Positions 39,301 to 48,300 of a stretch of DNA of 64,000 nucleotides are shown piece after piece (the first letter of the stretch is position 1; the number at the start of each line of letters is the position of its first letter). The stretch covers positions 31,868,001 to 31,932,000 of the forward strand of contig OZ287750.1 in assembly GCA_965649765.1 (NCBI GenBank), given 5' to 3'. A program made the position numbers and the translations under genes. Source of the DNA: Bispira polyomma. Its lineage: Eukaryota. The notes beneath the pieces are model-generated. The model was not told where the DNA came from. It worked only from the letters and a program-made list of their open reading frames with translations, and searched no databases.

Positions 39301-42300
39301 GCTTCTAGACGTAGAAGGAAGAGATCTGAGTCGCCCATGGATGATGACCAGACAAATGACCAGGCTGTCCATGTGGCAGAGAAATAGGAGGTCCCCTCTT
39401 ATAGGTAACTTTTGGGGACAGTGAGATCTTTGCTGGAATTAGAAACACCATCAGAACCCAGCACCAAACCTGCTAAAATCTTTGGAAACAGAGATAGAAG
39501 TACAAAATCGCCAGTTCTTCCCCTCATTCTGCCTCCAGTTTGACTAAGTGGTGTCTCGATGGAAATTTTTGACACCGGGCTGCGGGACTTCCCGATCCTA
39601 AGAACACTGAAGTTCTCGGTTCTACGCCCATCAACAAAGGTAGTTTTATCAACTACTCCAGACCAGCCATGAGGTTCTACCGATCGACCTCTAATGCATT
39701 TTCGCTCACAGCGCCGAAGTGCCAGGACGCCTTCAAATGTATCATGACGAAAAAAAAAACCAAAAAAACACCACACAGCCTTATAACGTACAAAATCCAA
39801 TGAAGCAGGTCGCCCAGATGGAAACTGTGTTGAGGGAGAACGTTCTGGTACTGAGTTATGTATCACATTTTATAAGGGCTTTATACAACACTCTCTTAGA
39901 ATCTGACGCTAACTTACTAGCTTTGCCTGATTTGTGAAGGAAGATGAGCCCACCAGACTACAGTGGATACGTCCATCGCCCTAGCTTGCGACCTTCAACT
40001 AGCTCGTAGGGATTCAATATTAAAGACTTGCTGTTTCGCCTCTTGACGAACATGATACCAATATACTCAGGAGTAAAGGTTTCCTCACTCCTGACTGATT
40101 CTAAATCAGCACACAACAAGCAGACTTACCAGGCCACTTATCACAGTAAGAATACTACCTTCAAGCCCAACCAGAATTGGTCGAAGGGGCGTGGTACCGA
40201 CTTTAAGAAGTCCTCTAGTTACCAGGGCCAGACCAACAGCACACGTGGTGGAAGAGGCAGTGGGCGGCGTACGTGACAATCAAAGATCTGGTGGGGGCCG
40301 CTTAGTAGGTATGGGAAAAATTTAAGTGCTATCCTCGAAATGTGCAACTTCTGAGATATGAGTACCAAATATTGCCGAAAATCAGAATGTCGTTAATCAG
40401 ACACCCGGATGTTTTGAGCGGTTACAAAGACAAAGAGAAGCAAGCGTTTCTCAAAGTATGTGTGGCCCAAATGCTAGAAAAACGAGTGATTTGCAAGGTA
40501 AACCATTCAAAAACTTTGGGCTTTACAGCCGAATATTTTAGTACCCAAACCTTTGAAAAATAATGAGATTTGGGGAAAGTTCTTCACGGTTTCACAACGC
40601 CGAAAATGGATATCTATTTGCAAATGGCTGTGACAAAATTGTGTACAAGGATTACGACTACAGAACCCCTGGATGGGGTAAGTCTGATTTTTATATCTCT
40701 TCTTTCGAGTTCAATAGTAATGGCGAGGTGAAGAGAGAACTCGCCCTCTAGCTGTCCAAATCCACGTGGCGATGGGGCGGAGATTTGCGGATTTTGCAGC
40801 GTTTTCTAACCGAAATAGGTATATTTGGGGCGTTTTAACGTCTTCTCATATTCTTATAAATTCAAAGATTCAGATTCGCAGAGATTCATAGAATTCGTAG
40901 CGAAGAATCATCACTCCATGGGCGATAATGGCAGATTTTCGGCAGTTACACGTTGGCCGAAGCAGTTTCGTCACTTTTCATATCCTTGTTGATTCGGATT
41001 CGCCCAGATTCGTCCCGGATTCGCTGTGCGGAACACCTGACTCCTAATGACAGTCACTTACAAGACAGGTCTTGTCTTTTGCAGATCAATGAAATTTGCA
41101 TTATTTCAGGCCATTTTTGTGTACTGGGTGGTGTTAAATGCTTATTTTCATATCCTTATGAATTCAGCTTGGCACAGATTCATCGAAATCACTGTCGTGA
41201 AGGATTGAATCCATGTGAACAGCATTCGATGGTTTCCATTTTTCCTGGCAAGGAATTTTTACTTCGACTTGCATCTTTTGACCGTCAAATTCAAGCACTG
41301 CTTTTTGGAATTTCGACTGGTTTCGTCAATTTATTCAAACAGAATTTGGAATCCTACGCACTCGTTACTGAGGGTTTTCGGATTCATCAGCCCATCTTGT
41401 CGACTGCCTAGAAATCAAAACTTTGACCCAATCGACGATTGCTTTATCGGCTATCTCTTCGATGTGAATAGGCATTGCATTTCCTACCAAACGAAAGTGG
41501 TTGATTTTGTCATAAGCCATGTTATTGGTGACAATTTCTAGATTCATGATATCCTGAATGGTAAAGTTGTTGATGGGTGTTGGCCAGTCTGGAGAGGACA
41601 GTATCATTCGGTACCTAATATCTATTTCCGCAGTCACTAGACATCCAGATACCGGTAACCGACCATTTAAGATACAATTTTTAATGGTGGGAATACCTCT
41701 TAAATGTCTTGGTAGGGGAAGATTGGCATCCGAGAGAGCACAATCTTCTCTTATTTACAGACGCTTCCAACACAGGTTGGGCACATCTAGCTGATTTGAC
41801 AGCCAGTGGTGTATGGTCAGGTCTAGACACAAGCTGGCCTGTAAATGTCCTTGAGTTGTAGGCAATCCTACTTGCACTCAAGGCATTTACCAGTTAGATA
41901 CTGGGAATATAAGTTTTTCTCCTAGCCACGGACAGTGCTTAGTAGTAGCTTATCTGAACAAATATCAGGACCACACTCTTTAGAGCTGTGTCTCCTGGTT
42001 TAGTGGATACACATTCAAACACTGCAAAAAGACCAGTTATGAATGAGGTAGCTCAAATTGAACAAACAACAGGAACTCATTCTTTAGAGATGTGTATCCT
42101 GGTTTGGTGGATACACATTCAAAAACTGCAAACAGACCAGTTATGAATGATGGTCTAGCTAGGCATGACCTTGTTGTGGGATCTGGTGGACCTATCGGTC
42201 AGACCACCAGTTTTCATACCCAGTGGTCTTGTTGGCTCAGCCATCGTTTTGGCCACAGTTACCTACAGAATGTTCCATATCTGTATCTCCATGTTTGGGT

Positions 42301-45300
42301 ACTAGAAAACAATTGAAACTGATTTTCAGTACTCAGATCAGTGGAGGATCTTTTTAAGACACCTCAGATATCCTCCAGACGAGTGTATGAATCGAGGTGA
42401 ACCTTACCGTTTTTTCAACAGAGAAATCTAAAAATCTGCAACTATGGATAGTTCTTAAACATCTTTTGCAGATCACTTGGGATTGGAAGGACTAGAAGTC
42501 TTGAAAAGTCTTGAACTGTATAGACTTCTAGCCAGTTTTTATAGTGACAAACCTGTGATAGAGGTTTTCCTTCTTGGGACTTGTCATTGGTACTATTAGC
42601 TTTGACCAAGCCTCCATTTGATCCTATGAAAGAGGCTTCTTTGAAACTGGTTTCTCTCTAAACCTTTTTTCATATTGCCTCAGGGAAGAGAAGAGGTGAA
42701 CTTCATGCATGGACCTTCTCTTCTCTCAAGTTTAAACCACATTGGAATGAGACTATTGTATCTCTCTCTCTTGTGTTTTGGTTCAGAACCAGTTGACTTC
42801 TCTAAGTCTAGACTTAGTTAAAGTTAAGCCTGTTCTTATCTCAGCTTTTAGGCTGTTGTTGGATGAAAGCTTCACTGGAGTTTTTCACCTCCTATCTTCT
42901 GAGTTCTCTGAGATTCAATCTCAAATGCCCTCAGGAGTTGCCTACAGGGGAAGTTTTAGCAAAGTTATACAAAGAATTACCTTTTCATCTTGGCTAAAAC
43001 AGACAATCTTGTTGGCTTGCCAGTTTGTAGACACTGCGATTGAGAACCTTTGTCAGGTTAAGGCACATAGTGAAGAGCTATGACTGCCTCTTTAGCCTTA
43101 AGGTTAGCAGTTTCACTGTTTTGATACTAAGGGCTGCTTCTGCCCGACTCAGTCTACTTGTGTCCTAACTTCCTAAATGGTTGTGTTTTGACATTTTACA
43201 CAATTTGTCACTGTATCTATGACTGTTATGTTATATCAATAGACTACATGACTAGAACCTATGTCTTCCACAAGACTAGATCAGGTGTTACTTTGAGGTT
43301 CTCATCACCCATAAAAAATAATATGACTGGGGTTGCAACTTCTTTTTGTATTGAGTCTACTGCAATGTTTCTGTGTGAGCATTTACAGTTTTTTCTGTGT
43401 CTTCACCATATGCTGATGACTTATACATGTTGTTTTCCTTCTTTGCAGGCCTCCTGATATAGTTTAAGAGGTTGTGTCCTGCTTGGAAGTTTTTGGGTGC
43501 CATCTCTATGACTGTTCATACTGGATGGTTAGATGGTTGCACCTATTTGACCACACACCATCTTTCAGCACCTGTACAGATGCTTGTGTGTCATGGACAG
43601 CACTATTAGTTTGATGAAGGTACGCCATAGATGCTATCTTTCAATCTTTATGTCAGTATTTTGTTCTTGGATTATGATTTATTCTCAATAGTTTTGATTA
43701 ATGTAAACCTTAGATGTTATTACTTGATCATTGCTGTTGGTGTATTTCTATAGTGTTATTCACTTTCACACATCTTGTCCTCGACAAAGTCAAGTACAAT
43801 GAAATACATGATAGTACTAGTACAGTATAGTACAATGAGTAAGAATAGTCTTGTTTAAGGTATTCCTATGAAACGTTTACCTAATCATTTCTGATTTCTA
43901 CTCTAAGAGTTACAGGGAGTTAGACTAGGGAGTTACAGTAGGCCTATGTAATAGCTGACCTAACTATCTCTAAGTTCATTCCACAACTCATGTTTCTTAA
44001 TTACTCTCGACAAAGTGCATTACAATAAATCCTTTAAGTGAGGCTCTGTCAAACAAATACCCTCCACCATAAAGTTTGTAATCAAGCACTTAGTGAGGAT
44101 AAGGTAAGGATATTTATCGCAATAAAATGAAAAAATTTTATTGTAATTTATCTTTTTGTAAGATAAACACTTGCCTTATCCTCACAAGTCAGATGCCCAC
44201 CCACCAAACCCCACTTATTTGTGTGGCCAGGCTTTCCAAAATTGAATCTGAGGCATGCAAGCACTAACAGAAGTGACAACACTTCCTGCGCATGCGCGGG
44301 CCTCTTTGTCGAAAGAGAGTAAAAATTAAGAAACAAGAATAGTCTTTATAAAAAAGACTTTTGGTCGAGCAATTATTCAAAATGAATAAAAGCATTTAGT
44401 GAGGATAAGGTAGGTATTTATCTTACAAAAAGATAAATTACAACAAAAAATTTTCAATTTATATTTATGATTACCTTCTATTGTAATGGAGTATGTTTAT
44501 TTATGATTAGCTTCTATTGCCTTACAGTCTGTATATCTAGACTAGAAGGCAGTTTGCCAGTACCAATATGACGTCACTGACCTCAAAATTGTACCAAGGG
44601 GTTTGCTAAAATATTATAAACTATTTCATTGTTACTGTCATAAACTAGCTATTAGTGCTTAGTTTTGTCTTAGTTGTGTAATATTTGACACTTTTAAGCT
44701 ACATTATTTCCGCCATTTTGAAAAACAAATATGAACAAACGTAATTGGTATCGGCAAAATGCATTTGCTTGTATATCTGTACTGTGGCCTAGTGAGTATT
44801 GGGTAATGGATTTGCTCTTATATCTGTACTGTGAACTAGTAGGTGTCGGGTAATACATTTGCTCAAGTGCGTCGGCGAATGACGCAAGCCTTTGGCACTG
44901 ATAATGAGTTACAGACATGTATTGATTCACACAGTGCATTTTGGGCCTCAGGTTCTTTTATTATGTGTTAAATGTCGACGAGTCATCATATATTCAGTCT
45001 TAATGTAACACGTGTGTGAATATTCACAGGAAAACAAAAACTACACACTTAAATGTAGGGGTGAGACAGGGCGCCCAGTTACTCTAATAAGGGCCAGATT
45101 TTGTTGGGACACCGAACTGAAACTAGTGAGTCGGGGACTCGAAAACGTATACATTTAGTATTAAAAATCTTACATTATTACCTATAATCCTACTTCACTA
45201 AAACAATAAGTTTGGTCTATATCTTGCACCCAACATACATTATCCTTCTAATTTCTAATATTCCCCTAGAAATTTGCTTTTATTTTCTGATAGATTTTGT

Positions 45301-48300
45301 TTACATCAGCCGCCATATTGCTAGACTGGTTTCTGAGATTAGTGCATACTAAATTTGTGGATACCCAGATTCGAAACGGTTAGACGCTTACAATTAATCA
45401 GGCCTCATTTTTGGTGCCCCTAGAAATTTGCCTTTATTTTTCGATAGATTTTGTTTACATCAGCCGCTATAATGCTAGTCTGGTTTCTGAGATCGGTGCA
45501 TACTAAATTTATGGATACCCAGATTTGAAACAGTTAGACGCTTGCAAATAATCAGGCCTCATTTTTGGTGCTCATCTCACCCCTACTTAAGGTGATTCAC
45601 AAAATAAAATATAAACAAAGTGTGTACAAAAAATCTAGTGTTTGATGAGAGCTGTATTCTGATGTACTTATCATTAAACTCCAATGAGAAATAACAAATA
45701 AATGTCAAATGTAAGAAATATAAATTATTGTTTCAGGTTGCAGCGTGGGAACCAGAGCTTTAGTTTTCCAATCTTTCTGTGTGATGAGGTGACACCTGAG
45801 CCCCTGTTCTATGGTACTGTGGTACCCCTGGTTGTATACGCAGTGCTCAATGTGATGGTTGTGAACCCCTTCCTTAAGATGCAGAAAGAAAAGTAAGCCC
45901 AAAGGTTATGAATGCATCACATACCAGTGTAAAGTAGCAGCAAGAACAAAAAAAGAAACAGTTTGCCAAGGAAATTTAGAAAATTAGCTTGACTTCCATT
46001 CACGGACATTTCAATTAATATGTCTAACTTCATAATTTTAACAACTTGAGTTTTTAGTACCCATGCAAACCGCTGTGACTATCTTGTGCCTTCTGGTTCT
46101 GCTTTATTTTAAGTCAGTGTATATTTTGTAGAGACCTTCAGCGCAAGAAGGAAGTCAACTCTCAGTGGAAAACTCAGAAGAAGAAAGAAGCAGAGTCAGC
46201 AGTAAGTTCTTCTGTTAAAGTAAAGTCATCGGCATATAGTAACTTTTAATCATAACTTTTGCATACTGATGTTAGGAACTTTTACCTACTGATATTAGTA
46301 AAACCTTCGGCATCCACTATTATAAGCCATATCTTTAATATTCAGACGCAAGTGTGTTTCAGGGAATGCGGGTATCTTAGGGTCTTTGTTATTGTTATTG
46401 ATAGAAAGTTTAGAAATCTTTTTCATTTGACAAATATAAGCATCTTTCTTAATACAATTTGGTATCTTCTACCACTATGATACGTCACAGACAATATCAT
46501 AATTTATGTGTTAAACTATGTCAGCTTGGTAAACCTAAAAGCCAGTATTTCTTATGCAGTGGACTTTTTCCTGTAACAACAGTAATCACAGCGATAATCA
46601 GAGAATTAGCAACACAACTCCACTTATTCCTTTACCTATCTTTTCTTGCTGTTTGTACATGTACACGTAATATGTAAGAGTACTTGAGAGTACTAAACTA
46701 TAAGAAAATCATAACTGTGAAAATTTAAAAAGGGGGAACAAATGCAGTTTTAATTTTTGTTAGTGAGTTTTTCATTTTGAACCCCATGCTGGTGGCAGGA
46801 ACGACAACTAGTTCATTATGTTGCTTGTTAGCTGCTAAAGTAGCTCAGAAGTACAACTAATAATTTCTACAATTCACTGGACAGGGTGCGGCTATGTTAA
46901 AAGTAGTTCTCAAAAATAAAAGAGATATGATCCAAAATATGTTCTGGCATATTAAAAATATTATAGAATCAGAGTTGTGTCCCCATATTTCCCTACCTAT
47001 CTTCTTTAATCAAGTCCAGCAGCCTCACACGGGGAAATAGACTATCTGTTTCACTTCGCCCTGAACGAAAAATTGGAGGGCGCAGCTTTGCTGTCGCTGC
47101 ACCGGCAGAATGGAACAGGTTGCCACAAAATGTCAGATCCCAGCAGACACTATCAGGTTTTCGAAGCCAGCTTAAGACCCATCTGTTCAGACTGGCATAT
47201 CCCCCACCTTAGTTACTTCCTCTGTTGGCGCTCACTTGGTAACGACCTTTGCTTGATAATGGACAATCCCTTTTTGAAATTTAGCGCATTAGAGGATTTT
47301 TATCAATTTTGCGCTTTATAAATGCTTCTATTATTATTATCTACTGTCGCAGCTATAGGGTTTACTGTAAGGCTAGTTAAGCATGGTTCTGTCCAGTGAA
47401 TTCTACACAATTACAGTAGACTGTATAAGTAGAACCAGTGTAAGTAGAATTTAGGTATAAGTGGAACCAGTTTAAAGCCCAACATCAGAAAATGCTGTTT
47501 TTTTGTAGATTTAAGTAGGAGTTAGTTAGAACTAGAACCAAATCCTGTGGATATTAGAGGTTCTAGTTGTACAGAATCTACTAAATTTCAGTACAGCTTA
47601 TTTACTCAGGGGATATAGAACAATTCCATGCTAGCTGGTATAAGTCCAGTAAAAGATGTTTTATCCAAAGATGTTGGGGGAGCAATATTTTACTCAATTA
47701 ATACAATGTTTATATAATAGGAGAGACACTTTACTATAAAAGAATATGGAAATACAAATTTGGGTGAGTAGGAATTAGTTTATGAAATGGACTATTCCGA
47801 TAATAGAAGTTAGAATAATAAAGGTTGTACTGTATGTCATCCATGATTTGGTATTGCCCGTTGTTGTTTATGTATTGTATCAGCTTGAGCTAATGAAGGA
47901 GTCTATAGGCCGTAGTCTGGAGCTGGAGGAACAGAAAGGCGGGCTGATCATTAAAAAGGCACTGTATGGTAAACTTGAGGGTGGGGAGTCTGTGGAGGAG
48001 GCTGAGTGTATCAACGTGACACTACCACTACAGGCACTCGTCAGTGAGTCTAAGCTGATGTTACTGCAGAATACACAGCTGGTAAGGAACCTGTGTGACA
48101 GTGTTGCAAGGGGGGGGGGGGGGGGGGGGGGTTTAAGCGTAGTGCTGCCACTACAGGCGCTCGTCAAGTAGTCTAAGCTGATGTTACCACAAGATACACA
48201 GCTTGCAAGAAACTTTTGGGGTAAGGAGGGCGTAGACAGTGTAGAGGATTGTGAGCATTTTGAACTACCAGGATAAGGCGCTATATAGGTAATAATTTTT

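Larger units (their letters stand above)
38713..44456 (+). mobile_element. DIRS1-like tyrosine-recombinase retrotransposon (coding-defective) in DNAJC11 intron 10
   Basis: Inverted terminal repeats, an internal complementary region, and remnants of gag, RT, RNase H, methyltransferase C-terminus and YR in canonical order; no TSD. Confidence 0.95.
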
